Numbered from the stretch's first letter, positions 22,182 to 35,774 are shown. The stretch: 64,000 nt of DNA from Octopus sinensis (GCF_006345805.1 NC_042998.1:29946001-30010000), one strand, 5' to 3'. Notes: generated by a model from the letters alone, not told the origin. Made by a program: numbers and translations.

Positions 22182-25100
22182 GTGAGTGAGTGAGTGAGTG
22201 AGTGAGTGAGCGAGCGAGCGAGCGAGCGAGCGAGCGAGATTGAAGAAAAAATGTTTACATTTCCAGTGGCCCATTTATATATTCCAGATATGTTTTATAG
22301 GATTGGACTCTCATTCTCGAACAACAAGAATTTGTAGTTCAGCATAATTTTTCTCACATAGATCAGTACTATTGCTAAGCCGTCAAGTGATAGAAAGATT
22401 AGTCTCTTTACATCCAAACGAAACAATTGTCAGCACTGAACTGGTTTCCATTGAAATATGCATATTTCTCAAAACTGCGTAGTCTTGAACTAATGCGAGG
22501 TAACATTATATATGCGTTCTAAAAGTAGAACAACGAGAATGATTAAATGGGGAACTGAACTGCCAAAGAAGTTCTTGAAAAGTACCGACATTTTTGAACT
22601 GGAGCAGAGTGGATGCAATAAATCTCCGTAAAAGCTGATCATTATTTCCCAATATTTATACTTTCGCTGTTTCCAGATATAGTCGTTAGTGATCGGAGAA
22701 TCGGTCGTGAGAATCGGCTGGTATATATTAGCCAAGTTATAAAATAGCAGGTACTTAAAATAAAAATTCTTTTTTATATGGTGAGATGAAGGGGCCTACA
22801 ATCTCTAAATGAAAATATATATTTCTTCATTGAGAATAATTTGAACCCCTGTTATGCCGGAATTTTTATTCCCTACCAAATAAAATTAAATATTTATATA
22901 TATGAATATCACAACATACCATTCCCCCCCAAAAAAAAACAAAAATCGAATTTATTTAAGTGTTGTAGATATCGTTGTTGCTGTTGTTATTGTTGTTTAG
23001 GTCCATGGGAATAGTGTAGACTAATGATCAGAAGCATTCCAATTGTGACCATCATTCCATTTTGCTTCTCAGGAATACATTATCATCTGCATTTAACTGT
23101 TTAGTATCGTAGGGTATGATTTGAGAGAGATTTGGTTCATATTTTTAGCAGGTCAAATGTTTGCCTAGATGTTCGTCATATTTTATGCCTCAGTAACAAA
23201 CCATTAGTTTTAACGTTTTACACTGAACAATGTGAATTACCTTAACTCTAGACATTGTTCTACTGAAGCATAAGATATAATACGCAGTCTGCAGTTTCTA
23301 TGGGACAATGGCGGATGAATTTGAAGCGTGCAAACAATATAACGGGTAGAAAAAGATTAAAGGAAGAAAAGAAAAGTAAGAGTGAAAGTAACGAACAGAG
23401 GAAAAGAGAAGGTTGAAAGTAAAGGAAAAAAGAATGTAAAAAATAAAAATGAAATTGAAGGAAACGATGGGGCAACGTAATTGAAGTAAATAATAGCAGA
23501 GAGAAAACGGAAAAGGAAAACAAATATATAGAATTACACAAACATGAATATAAATGTTTGAAGTAGGGCAGAAAAAAGAAAGTGAATAGGAGTGCTATAA
23601 ATAAATAAATAAATAAATAAATAAAATAAATAAATAAATAAAATAAATAAATAAACAAATGAAGACGCAACGAAACAAAAAAAAAATTACAAGGAACCAG
23701 TGAATAAAGAAAGAAACCTAAAAATACATAAAAATAGAAATTAAAAGTAAAACGAGGGGAATTACAAGAAAGGATAAAAGAAATATGAACTTCATCTTAT
23801 TAAATGTGAATAGAGTCTTACTTTTTATACTCCTGAGTTAATCTCAAAATATGATGTTTGCTAAGAGATGATATTAAAATATATTGTATTTTGGTTTTGT
23901 TGCTTTTTTCGTTTATATCTAATTTTCTTAATTTCTTATATATAAGGGAAAAATCTCAACGTCAAATCGACATTTGTATACCATGAAGAACACAATCATT
24001 TACATACATGCACAGCATACAAATATATATATATATATATATATATACATCTCTCTCTCTCTTTGTATGCATATATATATATATATATTTTTTTTATATA
24101 TAGAGGGCATAATTATACATACATGCCAGGAGGCATTATAATATATATATATATATATATCATGTTATAATATTATACACTTCTGCCTGATTTGTTCTGA
24201 CTTCCATTCATTTCATAAGTTCTTGTACCAGTGACATTGCAATGCTATTGATTGAAATTCGACTGACGAGAATTGTATAAAAGTTCGTCGAATGGAGTAT
24301 ACTCCAGTATACGTGTCTGTTGAGTAGAGAACCATGCTGCACGCTGATTCAATGAACATGCACCTCTTATGATACGACAACTGCACGTTCGTACATCGAA
24401 ACCAGCGAAACAGGCGTTCCCCATATCCCGCACAATCTTGTGTAGCGTCGGTGTAGTTTCATCCATGATAGAAACGAATACCAACATTCCATGTGGCAGG
24501 CTTGTTAATTGCGAAGAATTCTTGGCATGAAAACAATGGTAGCTTCATTAACCAACAAAACAAACAAATATGCTTTTGTGTATGTCTGTGTGTACGTGTA
24601 TGTATCTTTGTAAAAGATAGATAGATAGATAGATAGATATAAAGAGCATGCGCTTACGAACTTACGAATTTGATGGCACAAATATTACTGGTGAATAATT
24701 AAAACTACGCTTCACAAGAACGAGAATTCATTTTCGAAAATGAAAATATCACTCACGTATAATAAATGGTCAATTTTGATATTAGGCGGTCGATGTAGTC
24801 GACTTAGCTCTTCACCGAAATTGCAGGTGTTGTACCAAAATTTGAAACAAACATTTTTGTATTAGGAACCAAATGTGATTAAGTTTGTTGGGAATTATTT
24901 CTAGGCATCGGCATACAACAATATCTACCTCTTTTGTAATCAAATATGGGACTTTCTGCATAGTTTGTCAATCAACTAAATATTGCAATAAAATCCATTT
25001 ATACATGCACTAAGTTATAATTACTCCCATTTGGCATATAGATACTCAGCGATATAGATACTCTCGTGTGGCAAGCCTTTTATAATAGGTTTACTCCAGT

Positions 25101-25424
25101 AATACAAAAAAGGTCTCAATAACAACCAATTATTAACACAACTATAAAACTTTTGAATTTAAAATTTACAATATTTCGAATCCAGTTCGTTATTTAATTC
25201 GATGTTAATTTTCCTTTCTCTTTTACTTGTTTCAGTCATTTGACTGCGGCCATATATAATTCATGTCCAAAAGAAATTTTCGCTGAATGACTTCTCTTCT
25301 TTGTTTCTCTTTATTTACATGCCTAAATCTATAATCACTGGTCTTGTAGTTATAATAGTTATTGTACTAATAGTACATCAAGAATATATAAAGTGCAACG
25401 AGCAAATGTTTACTCACTTTTTGT

Positions 25425-25686
25425 CTTTACTTGTTTCATTCATGTGACTGCGGCTATGCTGGAGCACCGCCTTTTAGTCGAGCAAATCGACCTCGGGACT
25501 TATTCTTTGTAAGCCCAGTACTTATTCTATCGGTCTCTTTTGCCGAACCGCTAAGTGACGGGGACGTAAACACACCAGCATCGGTTGTCAAGCAATGCTA
25601 GAGGGACAAATACAGACACACAAACACACACACACATACATATATATATATATTTATACATATATACGACAGACTTCTTTCAGTTG
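25425..25686 (-). mobile_element. SINE A, 3' half
   Basis: Reverse complement of the family A 3' half; interrupted on the right by SINE B. Confidence 0.85.
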
Positions 25687-25705
25687 GTCAAATCTAATTC
25701 ATAAG

Positions 25706-25943
25706 AAATATCTATTTCTTTACTACCATCAAGGGGCTAAACACAGAGGACAAACGAGGACAGACAGACGGATTAAGTCGATTATATCGATCCCAGTGCG
25801 TAACTGGTACTTAATTTATCGACCCCGAAATGATGAAAGGCAAAGTCGACCTCTGCGGAATTTGAACTCAGAACGTAACGGCAGATGAAATACGGCTACG
25901 CATTTCACCCGGCGTGCTAACGTTTCTGCCAGCTCACCGCCTT
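25706..25943 (-). mobile_element. SINE B
   Basis: Head, body and tail 1. Confidence 0.9.
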
Positions 25944-26310
25944 CTAATTCAAAAGAAATATCACCAAATGTGCTCCCATTCATTCAGACATCGTATATCA
26001 ATAGCCCTGTTATTTTTCAATGTATCATATTCAATCATGGCGTATGACTTGAAATGGATTTATTTGCAATCCTTATAAGGTCAAACGTCAACGCAGCGGT
26101 TCAAGGCATTATCATTTTGTTTTCTGATTATGAATTCCTTTTAAGATTTATTAACTTTAGTAATACATTGCAATGAAAAGTAAATCCCGTTCCGGAAATT
26201 ACAGTATAAAAATACTTAACAACGAGAGACCAATGTTCACTTGAAAGAGGCGCCTTATAGCACGCTGGACATTAAAAGCGGATAAAGAAAATACGAATGC
26301 AGATTGATTC

Positions 26311-26567
26311 GGAGTAAAGATTGTTTACCAACATTACATGGCAGTCCTGATTTAGGAAGAATGTTGCTGCAATTTCGCCCCAGGAGACATCGTCTCCAGA
26401 TGGCTGTACGACACGATCTGTGTCCTTATATTTTCGAACAAGTGACACAGATCGTGTCGTATAACCAGCTGGAGACGATGTCTCCTGGGGCCAACTTACA
26501 GCAACATTCGTCCTACATCAGAACTGCCATGTTATATTGGCAAACAATCTTTACTCCAAAGTACTGT
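26311..26567. mobile_element. MITE/foldback, ~115-bp arms, ~20-nt loop
   Basis: ggagtaaagattgttt...gccccaggagacatcgtctccag...tacgacacgatctgtgtc is mirrored by gacacagatcgtgtcgta...ctggagacgatgtctcctggggc...aaacaatctttactcc. Confidence 0.85.
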
Positions 26568-26627
26568 TGGTGAATATCTCTCGTTCTGAGAATTGCAAAT
26601 GGTAATTTTCTACCCTATGCCGGGTGA

Positions 26628-26948
26628 GGGCGCGTGGCTTAGTGGTTAGGGCATTCGGCTCATGATCGTAAGGTTGTGAGTTCGATTCCCGGCGACGCGT
26701 TGTGTCCTTGAGCAAGACACTTTATTTCACGTTGCTCCAGTCCACTCAGCTGGCAAAAATGAGTTGTACTTGTACTTCAAAGGGTCAGCCTTGTCACTCT
26801 CTGTGTCACGCTGATTATCCCCGAGAACCACGTTAAGGGTACACGTGTCTGTGGAATGCTCAGCCATTTGCACGTTAATTTCACGAGCAAGCTGTTCCGT
26901 TGATCGTATCAGCTGGGACCCTCGTCGTCGTAACCGGCGGAGTCTTTA
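26628..26948 (+). mobile_element. SINE D (Meta-like core) + tail X
   Basis: A-box ggcttagtggttaggg, B-box gagttcgattccc, core gtccttgagcaagacacttt; homologues at 40025-40326 and 58759-59062. Confidence 0.85.
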
Positions 26949-26949
26949 C

Positions 26950-27189
26950 CCTGTGCCGGTGGTACATAAAAAGCACCAACCGATCGTGGCCGTTGCCAGC
27001 CTCGCTTGACACCTGTGCCGGTGGCACGTAAAAAGCACCCACTACACTCATGGAATGGTTGGCGTTAGGAAGTGCATCCAGCTGTAGAAACACTGCCAGA
27101 TCAGACTGGCTTCCCAGATCCCGGTCGAACCGTCCAACCCATGCTAGCATGGAAAACGGACGTTAAACGACGACGATGATAATGATGAT
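26950..27189 (+). mobile_element. 3' end of a LINE-like retroelement (RTE-like) with (GAT)n tail
   Basis: Internal repeat cctgtgccggtggcacgtaaaaagcacc; ends ggaaaacggacgttaaacgacgacgatgataatgatgat. RTE assignment is from recall. Confidence 0.55.
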
Positions 27190-27574
27190 TTTCTCTAGCT
27201 GTATCTATAATTCCAAGCATATGCTACCCTTAGTACTAATGGTACACATTTCATATTAAATCCCGTACATTAACTAGACATCTGTGGAAGGATTTGAGAT
27301 GAAATACACAAAAATAGAAATAATGATTTAAGTTGATCGAGTGTGTATGCAGTTTGAATCTCCAGCTGTTTGTAATTCTGCTGGTTTGACTCTCTCATTG
27401 TCTCTTCCATCCGCCCACTCGTCTTGTATTTTGTCTATGCTATATATTACGGCCGCCACAAACAAGGAGCTATCTACATTTAGTGGTATCGTGGGGACAT
27501 TTATTTTTACCAAGCCCCGACCGATCAGCAGCAGTTCATAAGTTCATAAGTGTAAAAAGAACAATTCTTTACTG

Positions 27575-27795
27575 CTTCGGTGGCAGAATCGTTAGCACGC
27601 CGGGCGAAACGCTTAGCAGTATTTCGTCTGTATTTACGTTCTGAGTTGAAATTCCGCCGAGGTTGACTTTGCCTTTCAGGGACGATTAAATAAGTACCAG
27701 TTACGCATTGGAGTCGATATAATCGACTTAATCCGTTTGTCTGTCCTTGTTTGTCCTTTCTGTGTTTAGCCCCTTGTGGGTAGTAAAGAAATAGG
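27575..27795 (+). mobile_element. SINE B
   Basis: Head, body and tail 1. Confidence 0.85.
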
Positions 27796-28475
27796 TTTGC
27801 AGCCACGCCTCAAGTAATGTAAGTTTTTCTGCCCTAGAGTGGTTCAATGCACTTTTTAATCTGGAGCCTGCAGCCCTTACTCAATTCAGCATGTTTTTGA
27901 GCGATTTATATATAAATATCATCGGTTCTATTTGAATTCCTCCTTGACTTTTTGGCGAGATGTATTTTACATTTGTTAGTTCTTCCGATAGAAAGAATGC
28001 CACTTTGATAGATGTAACAACAAAAAAAAATGCGATAGAAAGTATCGTTATGGAGGAAAAGAAAAACAATAGCAAGGCACGAACCGAGCAGAAATTTGGC
28101 ACAAAATTCTGAAATTGCCCATCCCAACTTTGCTAACACATACAGCCAATATATAAGCATGAGAAATCTAAAGAATTAACAAACACGAGTACTAGATAGC
28201 ACACACACACACACACACACCGTTAGACAAATATATACCACACAAATACCATGTCATATTAATTTAGCTTGAAGATACTTGAGTCGCGCGACAGACACTG
28301 AAGAAAAATCAGTGTAATCTAAACTGAACGTGGAACGTTAACATAAAATGTATACACCATAAAACTTGAAATCTGGTTCTCTTAGACTCACTTTTATCTG
28401 CGACTGAAATTTGAGTAATGAAACAAAAAATGTTGGATGAGAATAATCTGGTGAACGAGAATAGATAAGAAAATA

Positions 28476-29485
28476 TTCTTTTCTACTCTAGGCACAAGGC
28501 CCGAATTTTTCTTCTTTTTTTTTCGGAGGGGGGGGTCGATGAAATCGATCCCAGTATCTAACTGGTACTTAATTTGTCGATCTCAATAGAATGAAAGGCA
28601 AAGTCGACCTCGGCGGAATTTGAACTCAGAACGTAACGGCAGACAAAATACGGCTACGCATTTCGCCCAGCGTGCTAACGTTTTTGTCAGCACGCCGCCG
28701 ATGTTTTTATAAGCATATTAAATAAAATATTTCGTAATAGTTGTTCTTATGAGGGAACTATAGAGGATTCCGATGATTTGATAAATTACTGGTAAAAACA
28801 GTAGAAATAACGCTAAGCATTTCACCCGGTATGCTAACGTTTCTTATTTCTTTATTGCCTACAAGGAGCTAAACACAGAGGGGATAAACAAAAACAGACA
28901 GACGGATTAAGTCGATTACATCGACACCAGTGTTTAACTGTTACTTAATTTATCGACCCAGAAAAGATGAATGGCAAAGTCGACCTCGGCGGAATTTGAA
29001 CTCAGAACGTAACGGCAGACAAAATATCTATTTCTTTATTACCTACAAGGGGCTAAACATAGAGGGGACAAACAAGGACAGACAAACGGATTAAGTCGAT
29101 TACATCGACCACAGTGCGTAACTGGTACTTAATTTATAGACCCCGAAAGGATGAAAGGCAAAGTCAACCTCGGCGGAATTTGAACGTAACGGCAGACGAA
29201 ATACGGCTACGCATTTTGCCCGGCGTACTAACGATTCTGCCAGCTCACCGCCTTAGAAAGGAAAATATTGTTTAAGATGTATCAACATAAAGAGGTGAAC
29301 TAGTAGAATGCTTAACGGCATTTTGTCCGACTTTATTATCTGAATTCGAATTCCGCCGAGATTGACTTTGCCTTTAATCATTTCGGTGTCCATAAAATAA
29401 ATTCCAGTATACATTGAAGTTGATATAATGCACTTACTCACTTCTCCGATATTCCTGACCTCGTGCCAACATTTTGAAATCAATA
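28476..29485 (-). mobile_element. SINE B cluster (28476-28700, 28805-29254 multimer, 29295-29485)
   Basis: Repeated family B bodies; 28702-28790 is a copied unique flank. Confidence 0.85.
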
Positions 29486-29714
29486 TGTGTCAACATAAAA
29501 ATCTAATAAATGGTTGGATTTGTATACGAAGCAAAAAATAAAAAATTGCTACATATACATAAGCCAGTGAAATGAAATGAAATGACATAAATATAGGTCT
29601 AAATAATTCAATCACATTTTTTGCAATTATTTGAGGTTATTTATAAAACACCACGCGCATTATTTATGTTAGATACTAGAATATGAAAGAAAGAATGCAA
29701 CAAGGTAAGAGAGA

Positions 29715-30050
29715 GGAGGAGGAGACCCCCTTCGGTCATGACTGACCATGGGATCGCACCCTCTGAAGCACAAGTCCGGGCAAAGTTGTTTTTACGGAAG
29801 GCCGGCAGTCGCCCATGCATACCAGCCTCCTCTCTCCACACCACTGATGTTATCTAAAGGAACGGCAAAGGGGCCGATACAGCTTGGCACCTGTGATGTC
29901 GCAACTTATTTCTACAGCTGGGTTAACTGGAGCAACGTGAAATAAAGTGTATTGCTCAAGATTACAACATGTAGCCCGGTCCGGGAATCGACCTCACAAC
30001 TGCACGACCATAAGCTCGACGCACTAACTACTGAGCCATGCATCTTCACA
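29715..30050 (-). mobile_element. SINE, head D + tail Y
   Basis: Head and core match 26628; tail unrelated to tail X or tail Z. Confidence 0.75.
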
Positions 30051-30095
30051 ACAAGATAAGAAATTGGAAAACAAATTATAAATACAGATAGATAC

Positions 30096-30890
30096 AGGCA
30101 TGGCTGTGTGGTAAGAAGCTTGTTTCCCAACCACATTCTTCCGGGTTCAGTCTCACAGCGTGGCACCTTGAGCAAGTATCTTCTACAATTGCCTCGTACC
30201 AATCAAAGACTTGTGAGTGAATCTGGTTGACGGAAACTGAAAGAAGCCTGTCGTAGATATGTGTGTGCACGTGTGCATGCGGTCGTGTGTGTGTATGTAT
30301 GCTACCACCGCTTGACAACCGGCGTTACATTATTTACGTCCCCATAGAGCGATTCGGCAAAGGGGCTCTATAGAATAAGTACCAGGCTTTAAAATGAGAA
30401 TGTACTGATGTCGATTCATCCGACTAAAAATTATTTTATGTAGTGCCCTAGTATGGCCGCAATTTAATGACTGAAACAAATCAAAGATAAAATATAGGTG
30501 TAGGGTTAGCTGTGTGGTAAGTAGCTTCCTTCCCAACCACATGGTTCCGGGTTCAGTCCCACTGCGTGGCACCTTGGGCAAGTGTCTTCTACTATAGCCT
30601 CGGGCCGACCAAAGCCTTGCGAGTAGATTTAGTAGACGGAAACTGAAAGAAACTCGTCGTATATATGTATGTGTGTGTGTATGCTAGTGTGTCTGTGTTT
30701 GTCCCCCTCCACATCGCTTGACAACCGATGCTGGTGGGTTAACATCCCCGTAACTTAGTGATTCGGCAAAAAGAGACCGATAGAATAAGTACTAGGCTTA
30801 CAAACAATAAGTCCTGGGGGTCGATTTGCTCGACTAAAGGCAGTGCTCCAGCATGGCCACAGTCACATGACTGAAACAAGTAAAGGAAAA
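30096..30890 (+). mobile_element. Two tandem SINE A copies (30096-30495, 30505-30890)
   Basis: Family A sequence. Confidence 0.85.
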
Positions 30891-31496
30891 ATATAGTGTA
30901 GAAGAACAACGCAAACTTTCAAAACGCCGTTCCAAGGTAAAAGATCATCTCTGTTTTATGGAGAAAATTGTTTACAGAGGAGTCGAATCTCCGTCTACAT
31001 CCAGTATATAAACACAACGAAAACTTTCCGTTTTATTGCGAATAACCCTATTAACCTAGAAACTGTAGAGATTGTATCCGCGCTCAGTATAGATGACGGA
31101 ATGGATTTCTTCACACCTGCTCACGTTACATAACATTCATGAATCATTAGATTAATTCCGCTTATCACTCCAACGTTAGGTTAAGCAACACTACAAAACG
31201 AAAAGAAAAACATGTATCCTATTTTTAGAGTTCGAAAAATAGTTCATTTCCAATTATAGAATAGCCGTTTGCCAGTCAGATCTTTTCTTCACATTTGCGT
31301 GAGCTTAGCAAAAATCTATCAGATTTACTTATCACAACGTCTCGACTGCTACAGCATTTCCTTTCATCATTACCATCAAGTATTCAGATATGAAACTATT
31401 CTGTGTAATACACACACATACAGATGTAAAGTGATAGTCACTCATACAATTTATCCTGATCGTTTTAAAGAAGAAAATGAGAAGCTTATACGTGTA

Positions 31497-31870
31497 ATTC
31501 TTTTCTACTCTAGACACAAGGCCCAAAACTTTTTGGGTGGAGGACCAGTCAATTAAATCGACCCCAGTACGCAACTGGTACTTAATTTGTCGATCCCGAA
31601 AGGATGAAAGGCGAAGTCGACCTCGGCGGAATTTGAACTCAGAACGTAAAGACCGCTAAGTATTTCGCCCGGTGTCATCATTACCCATTCATTAACAAGG
31701 CGGGGTGACTTGTAGAATCGTTAGCAGGACCGACAAAAATTAGCGTTTTTCCGTCCGTCTTTCCGTTCAAATTTTAATTGCCGCCCAGGGCGACTTTGGG
31801 GTTAATTAAATACACATTAGTGAAACACTGGACGCGACGTAGTCGACTATACACTCCCCCCTCCAAAAAA
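31497..31870. mobile_element. Head-to-head SINE B pair (31497-31675 minus, 31697-31870 plus)
   Basis: Family B motifs in opposite orientations. Confidence 0.75.
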
Positions 31871-31896
31871 AACAACAATATATTCGGGTGTTGTGC

Positions 31897-32716
31897 CGCT
31901 ACGTGGCTGTGTGGTAAGAAACTCGCTTCTCAACCACACGGTTCCGGATTCAGTCGCACTACCAAGAGTCTTTTACTATAGCCTCAGGCCAACCAAACCC
32001 TTCTGAGTTGATTTGGTAAATGGAAACTGAAAGAAGCTCGTCGTATATATATATATATATATATATGAGTGTGTGTATGTATTTGTCCCAACACCATTAC
32101 CGCTTGTCAGCGGATGCTGGTGTGTTTACGTCCCCGTAACTTAGCGGCTCGGCAAAAGAGACTGATAGAATAAGTACGAGGCTTACAAAGGATAAAACCT
32201 GGGGTCCATTTCTTCGACTAAAATAGCTTCCCTTATAAATTGTTCTTTTTTATTTTTAAATAGATATTTTTCAGTTAGGTTTATGCGAGATATTTATACT
32301 ATATCCATATAAATAGGCGCAGGAGTGGCTGTGTGGTAAGTAGCTTGCTAACCAACCACATAGTTCCGGGTTCAGTCCCACTGCGTGGCATCTTGGGCAA
32401 GTGTCTTCTACTATAGCCCCGGGCCGACCAATGCCTTGTGAGTGGATTTGGTAGACGGAAACTGAAAGAAGCCTGTCGTATATATGTATATATATATATA
32501 TGTGTGTATGTGTGTGTGTCTGTGTTTGTCCCCCTAGCATTGCTTGACAACCGATGCTGGTGTGTTTACGTCCCCGTAACTTAGCGATTCGGCAAAAGAG
32601 ACCGATAGAATAAATACTGGCCTTACAAAGAACAGGTCCCAGGGTCGATTTGCTCGACTAAAGGCGGTGCTCCAGTATGGCCACAGTCAAATGACTGAAA
32701 CAAGTAAAAGAGAGAG
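31897..32716 (+). mobile_element. Two SINE A copies (31897-32222, 32315-32716)
   Basis: Family A sequence. Confidence 0.85.
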
Positions 32717-33189
32717 TAAACGTATAAATATTTGTGTATGTATATATATGCTTATATGCACATATGTGTGTATGTATGGGTATACATTTTATACTTTTTC
32801 TGATTCATGGCTTAAAATTAATTGATATCATGTGTATCTTTGCAGTTATTCTATATGTAAATGCCTTGAGCAGTCTTTATAGAAACCAGCTGATAAATAA
32901 TTAAGTACATGAATGGATATTAAAACTGATTCCATTTAATCTTCTTTTTTAATGTTTATAATTAATTGATATATACACACCTTTTGGTTATGATATCATT
33001 AAAGTTAAGGAACTTATTAAAAATTGAAACCCATTAGTAACTTTTGGGACACCTTCTCTATCTATCTATCTATATATATAATTTGAAAAATATATACCTA
33101 ACTGTACCAAGGATCTCACACATTTTCCAATATACATACATATATACCTATATACATGTGTGTATAAATGTATGTATATATATATATAT

Positions 33190-33392
33190 ACACACACATA
33201 CATGCATGCTTACATTTTTGCATATAATTATCAACTTACCTATCTCATTTTCATTCTATATACACACGCGCACACACACATATGTGTATATATATATATA
33301 ATATATACACACATACATGCATGCTTACATTTTTGCATATAATTATCAACTTACCTATCTCATTTTCTTTCTATATACACACGCACACACAC

Positions 33393-33415
<23 letters not shown>
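33190..33415 (+). repeat. Tandem duplication, 2 x ~115 bp, between microsatellites
   Basis: catgcatgcttacatttttgcatataattatcaacttacc at 33201 and 33316. Confidence 0.9.
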
Positions 33416-33451
<36 letters not shown>

Positions 33452-34576
33452 CATATATGAAATATATGCATGTATATGCCATGAAATAGGAGATAAAGAT
33501 GAATCCATACGCATTTGCATGCATATGACTGTGTGTCTACGCATAAATTTATGTGTTTTCCAACAAAAGGCCAACTAGAAAAATGACATGACATCTGAAT
33601 GATTTCGTCATCACACGGAAATGAGACATATCAGAAATGCCTCTCACCAGATAAACATGCGCTGATGATGACAGGTAGTCTGATTACAGAATTACAACAA
33701 TGGGCATTAAAAATTTTAATCAAATGATATCTCAAATCCAAGCATAGTATTGCAAACCGGATATTAAATGATAAAGATTTTTTAAATTCCGGTGTTTTGA
33801 AAAATTATTCTGCCGTTTTGATCATAAAATATTTTGAGCAAGAAATTTTGTGTCATGTCCATTGAAGGAGAATGCTTGATGCATCAGAATGAAATCTTGG
33901 CTTACTTCGTAGACAGCAGCCGAATAGCTCTCATGGAAAAGATTATACAATATTAGTTTTATTTATGTAGAAAAGCAGAAATATAAACAAAACGAAAGAA
34001 CATTTTTTGAATTCTCAACTGAAGTCTAATGTTAGCATAAAATGGAAACCAGACGTCCTTAACCAATGCAGTATAATTAAAATGAATACTAAAAAATGGC
34101 CATCGGTTCTGATATGGCTGCGCGAAAACATATTCTTACACACAGGCACACATATATAGGTGCACAAACACGCACGCACACACAAATACTCACATAGACA
34201 AACACACACATCGGAATTTTAATTTATATTTATAAAATATATATCTATTGTTAGTTACATTGTCAACACATACTTCGTTTAAAAACGTAATTACCTACAT
34301 ATAAAATCGCAAACTTATTGATTATGTCTAATTTGCAGTACATATGTATGAGATGCTAGAAAATTGATTTTCTAATATAGTCAATTTGAACTAAATTATT
34401 TAATAGCATATCAACACTAACGTTTACATACAAACCATGACAGTAAAACATTTAGCAAATATTTTACATCGTATAATTCGCAGCGTATATAGTGCCGTAA
34501 ATGAATATTAATACCAAGCTACTGTAAGGTAAGGCGGCACTGGCACAAATAAGTAATAAAATAATTGAATACATAT

Positions 34577-34717
34577 ATATTCTTTTATTCGTTTCAGTCA
34601 TTTGACTGCGGCCATGATGGAGCACCGCCTTCAGTCGAACAAATCAACCACAGGACTTATTCCCAACATCGCTTGACAACCGATGTTGGTGTGGGGGACA
34701 AACACAAACTCACAAAC

Positions 34718-34765
<48 letters not shown>

Positions 34766-34907
34766 GACAGGCTTCTTTCAGTTTCCGTCTAACAAGTTCA
34801 ATCACCAGGCTTTGGTCGGCCGGAGGCTATAGAAGACAGTTGCCGAAGACTGAATCCAGTACCATGTGGTCTTGGGAAGCAAGCTTTTTTCCACACAGCC
34901 ACACCTA
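34577..34907 (-). mobile_element. SINE A with internal deletions
   Basis: Reverse complement of family A. Confidence 0.8.
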
Positions 34908-35540
34908 CAAATTATATAGATAGCATTTTGCGATGTTTTACCAAAAATAAAAGCTATAATCGTCACTAAATAGGACTAGGTTGTTAGAAACACCTACATT
35001 GCTAGAAATAAGAGCTAAAATTCTCTGATGCAGTAGTTAAACCACTAATTCTCTACATATACACCGAGCGAGAGTATTATATATATGTACATATATAGGT
35101 TAGTAGCGTTAGAGCTTGGAATAACCGTCTAAGGGGTAAAAGTATCCGTTATACTACCGATATAATTACCTAGGTTAACCCTGGGCATACATATGCAAGC
35201 ATATTAGGCTCATAGATTACAGGTAATGACAAAGATAAACACGAGTTTATCAGGAATCAAATTAAAAGTAAAGAGAAAAATGGAGAAATGTTGATCAACA
35301 ACATTTGGCTAACATCAATTATTACTTTTTTCATTCAAATCAAAAAGACTGCATTCAATTTAACAGCCGTTTCTGTTTCCAGGGTTATATGGTATTGACA
35401 TGGATATTCTAAAAATAATATTCATCATATTTGGTAATACATCCGATCTGGAATATGGAGCTTCATCAGAGTGAAGAAAAATACACAAAGAAAAGAGCCA
35501 AGAGAGGAAAAAGAAAGGCTGAATATGTTTAAATTATACC

Positions 35541-35774
35541 TATTTCTTTACTACCCATAAGGGGCTAAATACAGAGGGGACAAACAAGGACAGTCAAATG
35601 GATCAAGTCGATTACATCGACCCCAGTGCGTAAATGGTACTTAATTTATCGACCCAGAAAGGATGAAAGGCAAAGTCGACCTCGGCGGAATTTGAACTCA
35701 GAACGTAGTGGCAGACGAAATACCGCTAAGCATCTCGCCCGGCGTGCTAACGTTTCTGTCAGCTCGCCGCCTTA
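35541..35774 (-). mobile_element. SINE B
   Basis: Well-preserved head, body and tail 1. Confidence 0.9.

Noticed and set aside
23260-23670. 136-aa hydrophobic ORF
   Set aside because: Reverse of an A-rich/(AAAT)n low-complexity tract.
24256-24293. CTGACGA inside a short hairpin
   Set aside because: GAAA is replaced by GTCG; simple inverted repeat.
26304-26573. 89-aa ORF
   Set aside because: Coincides with a foldback element; not protein-like.
26628-26700. tRNA-like heads (A-box and B-box) here and in other SINEs
   Set aside because: They run into SINE cores and lack a complete cloverleaf; not tRNA genes.
27906-28160. ORF loosely resembling a GPCR TM7/helix 8 or other membrane segment
   Set aside because: No NPxxY-type motif, hydrophobic in two frames because of base composition, no supported splice structure.
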